Shown: positions 1 to 10,561, counted from the first letter of the stretch. The stretch is 64,000 bases of DNA from a bacterium (GCA_022711315.1 JAKLFG010000004.1:19309-83308); one strand, 5' to 3'. Numbers and translations are program-made. The notes: generated by a model not told the origin, from the sequence alone.

Positions 1-2583
1 ACCTCGGCTCCAGCCCCGGCTCCGGTCGCCAAGCCTGATATGGTAACGAAGGGTGACCCGGTCGTCCTTTCGGGTGTCGTTCTCGATGCCGACACCAAAA
101 AGGCGATCATCGGCGCGAAAATAACGACCAACGCTTTCCCTTATCCGGCGCTGACGACGAAAGAGGGGGCATTCAAGTACCCCATGAAACTTAAGGTGGG
201 CGCCTATACGCTGGAGGTTTCGGCGCCCGGATATAAAACGCTTTCACTTCCTCTCGCGGTCGTGACCGGGATGAAGGAATTGCCCATGACGATATGGCTG
301 GCGCTCGATTCCTCTCCGTACCGCTCTCTCGCGGAACATCCCGATGGTAAGCCGTTCGAGCCGGTGGGGGTGCGTGGTGCCGAAAAGGCGCTCGCCGCCC
401 GATCCACCGTCGCCGATCCTTCGAGGGAGGGTGAGGTTCCGAAGCCGGGCATACACCTGATCACCGGTCTCCTGAAGGACGCGAAGAGCGGAGAACCCAT
501 CAGCGGGACGATCATGCTGAAGGAGCAGAAACTGCAGGTGCCGGTCGACGCCGCCGGTCGGTTCGTGCTCTCTCTGCAACCGGGCGTGTACACCGTCGAA
601 CTGGCTATCGTCGGGTTCGTGCCGGAGGAAAGGAACATAGAGGTGTCCGGCAACAGCGATGTGATATGGGAACTTATACCGGTCGAGCGAGACCGTCATT
701 TTTACGGGTATCACCAGAACATAAGCAAAAAGACCGTGGCAGGCATCCCCGATCTCCCCGGTGTGACGATCACGGCGCCGCGGCGCCGATATGACACAGG
801 GTTCGGTATCGCCGGATCGCCCTCGCCCGAGAACGGATACTACATCGAAGGCCTGCCGTCACCCTCAGCCTTTCACCTGCTCGGCCGCGACACGGTGATA
901 CACCCCGCGCTCATCGGGACGGCGGAATTATCCTATGGAGGGTTCTCGCCCGAATACGGCGATGCGACCGGCGGCATGGTGTCGCTGACGCTCCGTGACC
1001 CGCGTGAGGATCGGCTCGGCGGCATGTTCGACCTCAGTCTGTTCGGCGTTTCGGTGCTTGCCGAAGGCCCGGTGACCGAGCAAGATCTCTTTGCGGCGGC
1101 GGTCAGCAAGGGATTGACCGATCTGTTCCCGCGCTTTTTCTACGGTGAAGGGAGCGACCTTCTGTATAATGACAACTTCGATTTCACGATGCTCTATCTG
1201 CGCAAATTCTCCGGTGGTCACCGGTTGCGGGTCTATGCCTTCGGTAGCATGGACAGCCTCGGGTTCCGATCGAACGAGCTTATGAACGGGGTGCCGGAGC
1301 ATGTCGATCTCGTCACGCCTTCACAGTTCTTCACCCGTCTTGCGGCCGATCACGCCTATTCGTGGAAGGAACTTGATGTCGAGATAGACAACCGGGTCCT
1401 TCTGTCCTACGAGAATCGCCATTGGCAGTATGGCTTTGCGACCGGCGATGATTTCGGTCTCACTTCCCATGTGATCGAAGGTCAGGATGTCTTCCACTGG
1501 CGGTTCGACCCGCAGCACAAGCTTTCTCTCGGTGGCACGATGCGACTAGGATTCTTCTCTCCCGCGACCGATTATGTCTCCCTGCCGCTGGAAGGCGAAT
1601 CGTTCGCCGTACGGGTCGCCCGAAAGATAGATGACCCGGGCTATCAGCCATATCTGCACCCATCGTTGTGGGCCTCGTACCTGTTCTCGTATGCCGGGTT
1701 CACCGTGGAGCCGGGGCTCCTGTTCTACGGCGATTTCCACAACAAGAAGCACTACGAACTATCAGCGGATCCCCGGCTCACGACCGCCTATCGGTTCGAC
1801 GACACCATGGAGATCCGGTTGTCCGGCGGTCTCTATTCGCGCCGCCCCGACCATGAGATAGCGAGTGACCGGTGGGGCACCGAGGATCTGCTCGCCGAAC
1901 ACGCGGTCCACGCGGTACTTTCTTTCGAAAAGACCTTTCTCGGTTCGTACACCATAACGGCGAAGGGTTTTTACAAGTATCTTTACAACCTGATCCGCCG
2001 CTCGACCGCCGATCCGCTTGAATTCAACAATCTGGGAGAGGGTTACGCCGGCGGCGGCGTGCTTGCGCTCAAGATCGATATCACCGACACCTTCCGGGGG
2101 ACGGTCGGCTATGCCTATACCGCCAGCCAACGAAAGGAAAGTCCCGCCGGGGAGTATCGTCCGAGCGATGCGGAGGTCCCTCATTCCGTAACCCTTTCGG
2201 GACGCTGGACGCCGGCGAAGGAATGGGCACTGTCGGGCCGGTTCTCCCTGTTCTCGGGCGCACCGTATTCCCGTTTTTCAGGCGCGGAATTCATCGACGA
2301 CGGTATCGTCGCCCGTTTCGAACCGCTACCGGTCCTCGATGGGGACGGTCGCGCCATACGCAACGATGCGCGGTATCCGGTCCTCCATGAACTTGACCTG
2401 CGCGGTGAATATACTTTCTTCCTCGATCACACGATACTGGTGTTGTTCGCCGAGATGCGCGGGATAAGCGGTTTGTTCGACCAGAATACGGTCGGCAGCC
2501 TCTACAATACCGACTTTACGAAGGACATCCCTCTTTCCTCCACGCCGTTCTTGGCGACGGTCGGGGTACGAGGGGAATTTTAG
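1..2583 (+). CDS. TonB-dependent-receptor-like outer-membrane beta-barrel with two N-terminal CarboxypepD_reg-like domains (5' end outside window)
   Basis: The frame is open from nt 1, with no stop before the ATG at 40. Two beta-sandwich-like segments (LSGVVLDADTKK..GAYTLEVSAPGYKT; ISGTIMLKEQ..GVYTVELAIVGF). Plug-like ELSYGGFSPEYGDATGGMVSLTLRDP. Long barrel-type sequence ending in aromatic ..VGVRGEF. Confidence 0.7.
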   Translation, partial: TSAPAPAPVAKPDMVTKGDPVVLSGVVLDADTKKAIIGAKITTNAFPYPALTTKEGAFKYPMKLKVGAYTLEVSAPGYKTLSLPLAVVTGMKELPMTIWLALDSSPYRSLAEHPDGKPFEPVGVRGAEKALAARSTVADPSREGEVPKPGIHLITGLLKDAKSGEPISGTIMLKEQKLQVPVDAAGRFVLSLQPGVYTVELAIVGFVPEERNIEVSGNSDVIWELIPVERDRHFYGYHQNISKKTVAGIPDLPGVTITAPRRRYDTGFGIAGSPSPENGYYIEGLPSPSAFHLLGRDTVIHPALIGTAELSYGGFSPEYGDATGGMVSLTLRDPREDRLGGMFDLSLFGVSVLAEGPVTEQDLFAAAVSKGLTDLFPRFFYGEGSDLLYNDNFDFTMLYLRKFSGGHRLRVYAFGSMDSLGFRSNELMNGVPEHVDLVTPSQFFTRLAADHAYSWKELDVEIDNRVLLSYENRHWQYGFATGDDFGLTSHVIEGQDVFHWRFDPQHKLSLGGTMRLGFFSPATDYVSLPLEGESFAVRVARKIDDPGYQPYLHPSLWASYLFSYAGFTVEPGLLFYGDFHNKKHYELSADPRLTTAYRFDDTMEIRLSGGLYSRRPDHEIASDRWGTEDLLAEHAVHAVLSFEKTFLGSYTITAKGFYKYLYNLIRRSTADPLEFNNLGEGYAGGGVLALKIDITDTFRGTVGYAYTASQRKESPAGEYRPSDAEVPHSVTLSGRWTPAKEWALSGRFSLFSGAPYSRFSGAEFIDDGIVARFEPLPVLDGDGRAIRNDARYPVLHELDLRGEYTFFLDHTILVLFAEMRGISGLFDQNTVGSLYNTDFTKDIPLSSTPFLATVGVRGEF

Positions 2584-2593
2584 GGGGCGCGTC

Positions 2594-3469
2594 ATGAGAA
2601 CCTACCTGCCGACACTTGGGTTGTTGGTGTTCCTCGTTGCGGGGCTCGGTTGCGAGAACAAAGCTCTTGACCCCGCGTGGAACATAACGGGGCCGCGGAT
2701 CATCGCCCTGCAGGCCGACAAACAGGTCTTCTCTCCGGGCGACACCGTTACCTTCTCGGTGCTTCTCGCCGGTGTCAGTGCGACCGAACGGGCCCGCATA
2801 TCTGTGCTTTGGCGACTCGGGAACGAGATCAGAGAACTTGCGGCAGACCGCGTCGCCCGCTATGAGATACCGGACGAGAATGCCGCCGCCGATGTCGATA
2901 TTTTCGGAACGGCCGCATGGTCCGCGTACCGGACCGCCGGACAGGTGGTGGTCGAATTGCAGGCGACCGTGCGCATGGATGATGGCACGACCTTGCCGGC
3001 ACGCAAAAGTCTGCTGTTGGCAAAAAGATCGGTAGTGCTTCAGTATGAGGCTCCCCGAATAGACCGTATCTTGGTCGCGGTCCCGGGCCATAGTGGATTG
3101 TCGCTTCCCGCAGGGGAGACCGTTCGTCTGCCCGCTGGATCATCCGATACCATTGCAATCGAGGCCACTCTTGCCGACAACACGACGCCCTACGGGTATC
3201 GTTGGTATATTGAAAACACCCTATCGGACGGGGATGCCGAGATATTGAGCGGCGGGGTCGATCGCACTATGAAAATGAAGATGCCTCAATTGGGGGCGAC
3301 CATCGTGTATCTGGTGGTAGATGATCGATCCGAGGGATCGATGTCCAAAGTGTTCAATGGTGGTATCGATGCCGTCTCCTTTTTCGTTTCGTACGGGACA
3401 GAGGAGGTCGATGATGCCGACACCCTGTCTTCCGACGAGACCGACCACGACCAACTTCTTCCCGACTGA
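2594..3469 (+). CDS. predicted lipoprotein of unknown function, likely partner of the upstream barrel
   Basis: Signal peptide with lipobox LVAGLG-C. Starts 10 nt after the barrel gene stop. Acidic C-terminal tail. Confidence 0.6.
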   Translation: MRTYLPTLGLLVFLVAGLGCENKALDPAWNITGPRIIALQADKQVFSPGDTVTFSVLLAGVSATERARISVLWRLGNEIRELAADRVARYEIPDENAAADVDIFGTAAWSAYRTAGQVVVELQATVRMDDGTTLPARKSLLLAKRSVVLQYEAPRIDRILVAVPGHSGLSLPAGETVRLPAGSSDTIAIEATLADNTTPYGYRWYIENTLSDGDAEILSGGVDRTMKMKMPQLGATIVYLVVDDRSEGSMSKVFNGGIDAVSFFVSYGTEEVDDADTLSSDETDHDQLLPD

Positions 3470-3498
3470 CCTCGCCGAGAGCTAGAGGCGACTCTCCC

Positions 3499-3557
3499 TG
3501 TCAAACTGCGGTTGACATTTTGACAAAGCAGGAGGGGTTTCTCCTTTTTGTCAAACT
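3499..3557 (+). promoter_or_regulatory. cluster of TGTCA/TGACA motifs upstream of the gsp operon (possible operator sites)
   Basis: TGTCAAACT occurs at 3499-3507 and again at 3549-3557, exactly 50 bp apart. TGTCAAA (3499-3505) forms an inverted repeat with TTTGACA (3519-3525). An extra TTGACA lies at 3512-3517. Confidence 0.35.
3530..3549 (+). terminator. weak candidate intrinsic terminator after the lipoprotein gene
   Basis: AGGAG-gggttt-CTCCT hairpin (5-bp stem) running into a T tract. The short stem keeps confidence low. Confidence 0.3.
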
Positions 3558-3637
3558 ACTGTCTTGTTATTATTCGACTTATTTGAAGGCACGATGATTG
3601 CATAAAAGCGGGCCGTTTTTTATTTTCGGAGTCTCGC

Positions 3638-4621
3638 GTGAGAAATCGAGCCGGCCTCGCAGCGCTTTTGTTCGTATCGACCGCTTTTCTATTCTTCTCG
3701 GTGTACGCTCTGGCGATATCGTTCGTCCTCAAGGAGGGGGAAGGTGATGCGCGTGCCGACGCTTCTTCCCGCAAAACGGGAAATAAAAGACCGCCGGAGA
3801 TCGTCCCGCAGGAAGAAATGATCTATTTCGGTTCTCCTAAAGGAACGGTATCTCTTCCTAACGCCTTTGATCTGAGTATGCGCCAAATAGCGCTGGCCTC
3901 GGCGGAGAATAGCGAGGCATTCTCCCAACCGCACGAAGTTACCATCGAGGAGATAAATGCTCTTCTCGACGCCCCGGAGCGTTGCATCGCTCTTCCCGGA
4001 TTCACCCTGCTCGGCACCGCCCTCGCTATCCCCGAGTCGGAATCGCTCATCACGGTCGCGTCTTCAAAAAGCGGTACCGGAGAAAAAGGGGGCGCGCCGC
4101 TCATTATGGTGATGCGTATCGATGATAGCACTGATGACGGTGCCCTGCTTGCGGCGGTCCGGAGGAACCTTGTGGCCTTCAAGACCTCGGCCGGTATCCG
4201 GTGTCTTGGCGAGAATGTGGGAAAGAGCGCCTCGCTTGCCGAAGCCGAAAAACCCTCCAACAAGACAGGGGAAGCAGCCGGGGATCAATTCAATGTGCAA
4301 CAGACGGGTCCCAATTCGTATCGCATCAGTCGTGACGACCTTAATCGTGCAACGGCGAATCTCAACAATCTGGCCTCCGAGGCGCGTATCGTTCCGGACA
4401 AGAAGGAAAGCGGGTTCAAGATATTCTCCATTCGCCCCGGAAGCATCTGGCAGAAGATCGGGGTCCAGAACGGTGATGTGGTCAAGAGCATAAACGGCAT
4501 CGATCTTTCAAGCCCTGATAAGGCGCTTGAGGCATACTCTCGACTCAGGAACGCCAACAAGTTAAGCATGGATGTCGTCAGGCGCGGCAAGAAAGAAACG
4601 CTGGAATACACTGTGGATTAG
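3638..4621 (+). CDS. gspC: type II secretion system protein GspC (N-terminal TM, C-terminal PDZ)
   Basis: GTG start. TM segment AALLFVSTAFLFFSVYALAISFVL. PDZ-like FKIFSIRPGSIWQKIGVQNGDVVKSINGIDLSSPDKALEAY. Sits directly upstream of the secretin. Confidence 0.75.
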   Translation: MRNRAGLAALLFVSTAFLFFSVYALAISFVLKEGEGDARADASSRKTGNKRPPEIVPQEEMIYFGSPKGTVSLPNAFDLSMRQIALASAENSEAFSQPHEVTIEEINALLDAPERCIALPGFTLLGTALAIPESESLITVASSKSGTGEKGGAPLIMVMRIDDSTDDGALLAAVRRNLVAFKTSAGIRCLGENVGKSASLAEAEKPSNKTGEAAGDQFNVQQTGPNSYRISRDDLNRATANLNNLASEARIVPDKKESGFKIFSIRPGSIWQKIGVQNGDVVKSINGIDLSSPDKALEAYSRLRNANKLSMDVVRRGKKETLEYTVD

Positions 4622-4633
4622 ATAGGAGTTGTC

Positions 4634-7201
4634 ATGCGTAGAGGAATGTTGTTGATACTGTTGGTCGCGTGGTTGAGCATGGCGGTGGCCCAACAACCGA
4701 ACGAGATGCAGGTACCGATAAAACTCAACCCGATCCAGCAACAGCCGTTGAAGAATGCGTTGAAAGGCAGCATCAAGAAGGACAAGGTCAAAAAGAAAGA
4801 TGATCGCAAGAAAGAGGAAGAGACGGCGGATAACCCTGCCGCTGGTACACCGCCGTCACCGAACGAAGGGGGGACCTCTTCTTCAACGCAGGCCTCGGGA
4901 ACAGGTAGGAGCGCTGAAGCGGGCGAGACCATCAAGATAGAAAGCAAGCACATTACGCCCATGAGCAAGAATACCAAGATCTACCTCGATTTCCCGGATA
5001 CCGACCTGCTTGCCGTCATCAAGTTCTTCAGCGAGAAAACGGGACGCAACTTCATCGTGCAGGAGCGGCTCGCAAAGGCGAAGATCACCATCATGTCGCC
5101 GGTCCCGGTGACGATAGACGAGGCATGGCGCACCTTCCTCACCCTTCTGTCGGTCAACAACATCTCGGTAGTGCAGGACGGGAAGTTCCTCATCATCATG
5201 AATGAAAAAGACACCGTTACGCAGGGCATCGCCGTGGTCAAGGAGGATAAGATACCCGATGTGTTCAAGATGGTCGCGACCATCCTTAAATTCAAATATG
5301 TTCCGGCCGTGGAGATGGAAAAGGTCATCAAGATATTCCGTGATCCGTCGGGCGCGACACTCATTTTCGACGAGAAGACCATCATTATGGTCGATTATGC
5401 CGCTAACATACGAAAGATACGGGACCTCACCCGTGATCTTGACACGCCTGCCGAGGCCGACACCGCCCGGCTCCATTTTATCCATTTGAATCATATAGCC
5501 GCAAGCGATGCTAAGAAACTCCTGGACGAGATATTCAAGGATTTCGTTGCTAAGGGAGGGAAACAACAGAAGAAGGACACAGCGACGCCGGTGTTGGGCG
5601 GCGTGGCTACCGATGAAAAACAACAGCCGCCTTCTCCCGTGGAGGGGCAACCGTCGGCGCCGTCGAGCGGAGATGATGCCGCGAACGCCATCTCCTCGAT
5701 GTATGTGCAAATAGTCGCCGATGACCGAAATGAACAGATAATAATCCTCGCGAACAAAGCGACCTTCGAACTGGTCCTGCAGGTGGTCAAGAAGATCGAC
5801 CGCGAGATAGAGGGGGAAGGGGAGATACATGTTCTGAAGTTGCAGAACGCCAAGGCGAAGGATCTGGTCACCACACTGAACACTCTGACGAAAGGTGCCG
5901 GAAAAACGCAAGCAAAGGGGCAGGCGAAGGGGACCGAGGTCTTCGAGGGAGAGGTCAATATCTCGGCCAACGAGGCGACCAATTCGCTCGTGGTGGTGAG
6001 TTCTCTGAGAGATTTTCGTAACCTGAGGAAGGTGGTCGAGCAACTCGATATACGCCGGAAACAGGTATTTGTCGAGGCGGTCATCATGGAGGTAAAGGTC
6101 TCCGAGGGACTTGAATATGGCACCTCGTTCGCTGCGGGTGGTTTTGAGACGACCATCGGGGGAGAAAAGGTGCCGATATTCTTCGGCAAGGCTTTCACGA
6201 CGCCGACGCCCGGTCTTGTTGCAGGGTTACTCGGTCCGGTCCTGTCGGGGACCGAAACGATGGGCGGCGGTCTCAGTCCGGTGGCGGGCATCCCGTCGCT
6301 GGGGATCCTGTGGAACGCCATGAAGAACGACGCGAATGTCAATGTCATGTCAACGCCGCATATCCTTACGACCGACAACGAGGAGGCGGAGATCGTGGTG
6401 GGCGACACCATCCCGTTCCCTTCCGGCAACATCATATCGGGGACCGCCGGTAGCCAGATCACCTACAAGCGGGAGGATGTCGCGCTTAAACTCAAGATCA
6501 AGCCGCAGATCAACGAGAGCGGTTACATGACCCTACAGGTGGAGCAGGAGGTCACTGAACTCGGTCCCATGACCGACTACGGATTCACCACATCGAAACG
6601 AGCCGCCAAAACGATCATCAATGCAGAGGACCAGCAGACGGTGGTCATCGGCGGGCTGATGAAGGATATCGTGACCGAAAGCGAGTCAAAGGTGCCGATA
6701 CTGGGCGATATCCCGCTTCTCGGCGCCCTGTTCAAGTACACCAAGAACAAGAAGGAAAAGGTCAATCTTCTGATCATCCTCACGCCCCATATCGTCGAAG
6801 GAAAAGAGGATTTCGAGCGCATCTACAAGCGCAAGATGCGTGAACGAGAGGAATTCGCCAAGAAGTTCTATGGATCAATAAAAGACTACGAACGCACGTT
6901 GACCCTCGAAAAGAAAAGGGGAGCGCTTCTTGCCATGGCGCGCCTGCTGGACAAGGACAAATTGCGTGAAGAAGAGGAAAAGGAACGGATAGATCGCATG
7001 AATCGCCGGCGCGGGCTGATGATCACCCCTGACGGAGCACAGAAGGAGATAGATCTCGGCCGCAAACCGAGCGGCATTGCGGATGATGATCCGACGATGG
7101 CGCCCGCGATTCCGGCAGAAATGCCGAGTGCGTCAGAGGACGCGCTCGTGCCGGGACCCGCTCCCGTCGAAGAGGTCCCATCCATCGAGGAGAGCAGATG
7201 A
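4634..7201 (+). CDS. gspD: type II secretion system secretin GspD
   Basis: Signal peptide. N0-like IYLDFPDTDLLAVIKFFSEKTGRNFIV. Secretin core STPHILTTDNEEAEIVVGDTIPF .. VVIGGLMKD .. SKVPILGDIPLLGALFKYT .. LLIILTPHIV. Confidence 0.92.
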   Translation: MRRGMLLILLVAWLSMAVAQQPNEMQVPIKLNPIQQQPLKNALKGSIKKDKVKKKDDRKKEEETADNPAAGTPPSPNEGGTSSSTQASGTGRSAEAGETIKIESKHITPMSKNTKIYLDFPDTDLLAVIKFFSEKTGRNFIVQERLAKAKITIMSPVPVTIDEAWRTFLTLLSVNNISVVQDGKFLIIMNEKDTVTQGIAVVKEDKIPDVFKMVATILKFKYVPAVEMEKVIKIFRDPSGATLIFDEKTIIMVDYAANIRKIRDLTRDLDTPAEADTARLHFIHLNHIAASDAKKLLDEIFKDFVAKGGKQQKKDTATPVLGGVATDEKQQPPSPVEGQPSAPSSGDDAANAISSMYVQIVADDRNEQIIILANKATFELVLQVVKKIDREIEGEGEIHVLKLQNAKAKDLVTTLNTLTKGAGKTQAKGQAKGTEVFEGEVNISANEATNSLVVVSSLRDFRNLRKVVEQLDIRRKQVFVEAVIMEVKVSEGLEYGTSFAAGGFETTIGGEKVPIFFGKAFTTPTPGLVAGLLGPVLSGTETMGGGLSPVAGIPSLGILWNAMKNDANVNVMSTPHILTTDNEEAEIVVGDTIPFPSGNIISGTAGSQITYKREDVALKLKIKPQINESGYMTLQVEQEVTELGPMTDYGFTTSKRAAKTIINAEDQQTVVIGGLMKDIVTESESKVPILGDIPLLGALFKYTKNKKEKVNLLIILTPHIVEGKEDFERIYKRKMREREEFAKKFYGSIKDYERTLTLEKKRGALLAMARLLDKDKLREEEEKERIDRMNRRRGLMITPDGAQKEIDLGRKPSGIADDDPTMAPAIPAEMPSASEDALVPGPAPVEEVPSIEESR

Positions 7202-7202
7202 G

Positions 7203-8894
7203 ATGAGAAAGCAGATCGGCGCGATAGTTGTCGAACGGGGATACGCGACAGTCGCTTTTGTCGAAGAGGCGCTCCAACGCCAACAGGTGGGTGATGCCCG
7301 CAAGGTGGGGGAGATACTGGTCGATATGGGCAAGGCATCCGTGGAGCAGATACATCTTGCCCTCGCGGAGCAGGCAGGGCTTATGTTGGGGGAACAGGAT
7401 CTCCTATCCCGGCAGGATCCCGTGCTGTTGCAGGCGTTCCCGATCTATCTCGCTCGCAGGTATCGAGCGGTGCCGCTCTTTGCGGAAGAGGATCGCCTTC
7501 TGGCCGTAGCGGTTGATCCCGAGGACCATGTGCTTTATAACCAATTTTACCTCATCTACGGGAAGAATGTGGTCCTGTTGCCGATCGAAGAGAAGAAAGT
7601 GACCGAACTCATCAACAGTGCCTACAGCCGCCTCGATACGACGGAAGGATCGTTGAACGCCGAAGAGTTCCGGGATATGGGCGCCGACGAGGATGCGGCG
7701 CTACCCGACCTCATCGACTCGAACGACGAAGCACCGATCATCCGGTTCGTTAACAGCATGGTCGCGAAAGCGGTCAAGGAGCGGTCGAGCGATATCCACT
7801 TCGAATCGTTCGAGGACGAGATGCTCGTCCGGTTCCGTCGCGACGGCAAACTGTATGTCATCCAGAAGGTGCCCAAAGCGGCGCAGGCGGGACTCATCAC
7901 CCGCGTCAAGATCATGGCTCGGCTCAATATCGCCGAGAAACGGTTACCGCAGGACGGCAATATCAAGATACGGGTCGCCGGCAACGATATCGATTTTCGT
8001 GTCTCGACGCTTCCGTCGGTCCATGGCGAGTCGGTGGTCCTGCGTATCCTCGACAAGACGACGCTCCAGTTATCGCTCGACAACTGCGGGTTCAACCAGC
8101 GTGATCTTAAAACGATGCGCCAGATGATACAGAAAAAGCACGGCATCTTTCTCGTCACCGGTCCGACCGGTTCAGGGAAGACGACCACGCTCTACTCAGC
8201 GCTTACCGAGATCAACTCGCCCGATGTGAAGATCATCACCGAGGAGGATCCGGTAGAGTATCAACTCAAAGGGATCAACCAGATACACATAAACCCCAAG
8301 ATCGGGCTCACCTTTGCGACGGGTCTGCGCCACATCCTGCGGCAGGATCCCGATATCATCATGGTCGGTGAGATACGCGACAAGGAGACGGCCGACATCG
8401 CGATACAGGCGTCGCTCACCGGCCACCTCGTCTTTTCGACGCTCCACACCAACGATGCGCCGAGCGCCTTCACTCGGCTCCTTGACATGGAGGTCGAACC
8501 GTTCCTCATTTCTTCCACGGTCATAGGTGTGCTGGCCCAACGGCTCATCCGCAAACTCTGCCTGCATTGCCGCGAGGCCTACCAGCCGGAGGCGGCGATA
8601 CTCAGGGAACTCGGACTCGACCCCGAGGAATACCGGCATCACACCTTTTACCGGGCCGTCGGATGCGAGAAATGTTCGCATACCGGCTATCAGGGCCGTA
8701 TGGGCATCTTTGAGCTGCTCGTCATCGATGATGACATCCGGCGTGCGGTCGTCAACCGACAGGATGCCTCGGTCATCAAGAAGACCGCGGCGGCGGCCGG
8801 CATGTTGACCCTCCGCGAAGACGGTGCGATGAAGGCGGTGAAGGGGATCACCTCGCCCGAAGAGATCCTGCTCAGGACGCAGGAGGATACCTAG
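7203..8894 (+). CDS. gspE: type II secretion ATPase GspE
   Basis: Walker A GPTGSGKTTT and tetracysteine CLHC..CEKC. The ATG at 7203 lies 1 nt after the gspD stop. The ORF-track start at 7077 would overlap gspD by 125 nt and encodes an Arg-rich, non-protein-like peptide. Confidence 0.92.
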   Translation: MRKQIGAIVVERGYATVAFVEEALQRQQVGDARKVGEILVDMGKASVEQIHLALAEQAGLMLGEQDLLSRQDPVLLQAFPIYLARRYRAVPLFAEEDRLLAVAVDPEDHVLYNQFYLIYGKNVVLLPIEEKKVTELINSAYSRLDTTEGSLNAEEFRDMGADEDAALPDLIDSNDEAPIIRFVNSMVAKAVKERSSDIHFESFEDEMLVRFRRDGKLYVIQKVPKAAQAGLITRVKIMARLNIAEKRLPQDGNIKIRVAGNDIDFRVSTLPSVHGESVVLRILDKTTLQLSLDNCGFNQRDLKTMRQMIQKKHGIFLVTGPTGSGKTTTLYSALTEINSPDVKIITEEDPVEYQLKGINQIHINPKIGLTFATGLRHILRQDPDIIMVGEIRDKETADIAIQASLTGHLVFSTLHTNDAPSAFTRLLDMEVEPFLISSTVIGVLAQRLIRKLCLHCREAYQPEAAILRELGLDPEEYRHHTFYRAVGCEKCSHTGYQGRMGIFELLVIDDDIRRAVVNRQDASVIKKTAAAAGMLTLREDGAMKAVKGITSPEEILLRTQEDT

Positions 8895-10118
8895 ATGGCC
8901 CTATACGCCTACAGGATCATGGATCGTGATGGTCATGAGCGCAAAGGGGCGATAGAGGGATCATCGCGTAACGCGGTCAAGGCCAAATTCCAAGCTGACG
9001 GATGGTTCGTCGTCGATATAAGGGAAAAGGCCTCGCGAGAGGGACTTTCCCTTTTCAGGACCATTTTTTCCATGCGCCGCAAGAAGGTCGCGATAGAGGA
9101 GGTCGCCTCGATGACGCGGCTTCTCGCCACGCTCCAGAAGGCGCGCATCCCGCTTGTCGAGTCTATCGCCGCGGTCGCCCAGCAGCAGGATAATCCGCGG
9201 CTCGGCGAGGTGCTCATGCTCGTCAAGACAAAGATGCAGGAGGGCTACAGTTTTTCGCGTGCCGCCCGCGATTTTCCCGAAGTGTTCAGTCCGCTGTATT
9301 GCAACATGATAGCGGCGGGAGAAGAAAGCGGGGCCACCGAAGCGGTCCTGTTACGGCTTGCCGATTTCCTCGAATCACAGATGGACCTGCGTAACAAGGT
9401 CCGTTCCGCGATGACCTATCCCATCATCTTGTTCGTCGTCGCGATCATGGTCGTCGCGCTGCTCTTCACGGTGGTCATCCCCAAGATCTCCAAGATGTTC
9501 GAGGATGTCAACATGCTCCTGCCGCTTCAGACGCGCATCCTCATCTGGATAAGCGGCACGGTCAGTTCTTACTGGTGGTTGATGCTCCTGACGGCCGTCG
9601 CCGGATATGTCGGGTTCCTCCGCTGGAAGAAAACCCCGTCGGGTGAAGAGAAATGGAACCGCCTTCTCATCACCGCGCCCATCTTCGGGCGCATCAACCG
9701 GATGGTCGCCATATCGCGCTTTGCGAAGACCCTTTCCACCCTGCTTACCTCGGGCGTCCCGATACTCGCGGCGCTCGATATCGTCCGCAAGGTCATAGAG
9801 AATCGCGTCATTGAGAATGCGGTCGCCGCGGCGCGCGAGAACATAAAGGAGGGCGAATCCATCGCGGTGCCGTTGAAACGGAGCGGGGAATTCCCGCCGA
9901 TCGTGATACAGATGATAGCCATAGGCGAAAAGTCGGGCGAACTCGAGGAGATGCTTGAGACGCTGGCCGGTTCGTACGAAAAAGAGGTCAGATATTCTCT
10001 CGAACGGCTTACCGCGACCATTAATCCCATCATGATAGTGTTCCTTGCGCTGGTGATCGGATTCATCATATTCGCGGTGGTCATGCCGATACTCAAGATA
10101 AACGAAGCGGTCGGTTAG
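8895..10118 (+). CDS. gspF: type II secretion inner-membrane platform protein GspF
   Basis: 407 aa with a duplicated T2SSF-type domain and three TM segments. The ATG abuts the gspE stop. Confidence 0.9.
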   Translation: MALYAYRIMDRDGHERKGAIEGSSRNAVKAKFQADGWFVVDIREKASREGLSLFRTIFSMRRKKVAIEEVASMTRLLATLQKARIPLVESIAAVAQQQDNPRLGEVLMLVKTKMQEGYSFSRAARDFPEVFSPLYCNMIAAGEESGATEAVLLRLADFLESQMDLRNKVRSAMTYPIILFVVAIMVVALLFTVVIPKISKMFEDVNMLLPLQTRILIWISGTVSSYWWLMLLTAVAGYVGFLRWKKTPSGEEKWNRLLITAPIFGRINRMVAISRFAKTLSTLLTSGVPILAALDIVRKVIENRVIENAVAAARENIKEGESIAVPLKRSGEFPPIVIQMIAIGEKSGELEEMLETLAGSYEKEVRYSLERLTATINPIMIVFLALVIGFIIFAVVMPILKINEAVG

Positions 10119-10144
10119 AGGTATAACCTGTGAGGAGGAAAGAC

Positions 10145-10561
10145 ATGCTACGCAACATCATGAACGCGCTGTTCCGGTCACGCGCCGCCAGCACGGGGTT
10201 CTCGCTTTTGGAGATCATGGTCGTCATGGCGATCATGGCGATGATCATGGGCGCCGTCGGGGTCGGGTTCATGAACTATCTCGACAAGGCGAAGGTGAAA
10301 CAGGCGGCGATGGACATCAAGACCGTCTCGAATGCGCTCGACCTGTACAAGAGCGAGTTCGGCAAGTATCCCGATGGGCTTGATGCGTTAGTGCAGGAGA
10401 AGATACTCAAGGAAAAGAAGGTTCCCAAGGATCCGTGGAGCAACGAGTATGTCTACATCAACCCCGGATCGAACAACTCCGATGGGTTCGATCTTTACTC
10501 GTTCGGCAAGGATGGCCGCGAAGGCGGTGGCGACGATATCACGAACTGGGAAGAAGAATAG
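10145..10561 (+). CDS. gspG: major pseudopilin GspG
   Basis: Prepilin leader ending ..STG-FSLLEIMVV. GspG core PKDPWSNEYVY..GKDGREGGGDD. GAGGAGG Shine-Dalgarno 6 nt before ATG 10145; the ORF-track GTG at 10130 overlaps this SD. Confidence 0.9.
   Translation: MLRNIMNALFRSRAASTGFSLLEIMVVMAIMAMIMGAVGVGFMNYLDKAKVKQAAMDIKTVSNALDLYKSEFGKYPDGLDALVQEKILKEKKVPKDPWSNEYVYINPGSNNSDGFDLYSFGKDGREGGGDDITNWEEE

Noticed and set aside
7077-7202. N-terminal extension of gspE overlapping gspD by 125 nt
   Set aside because: The extension encodes an Arg-rich peptide with no similarity to GspE N-domains. The ATG at 7203 directly follows the gspD stop and begins a plausible N1E/MshEN-like sequence.
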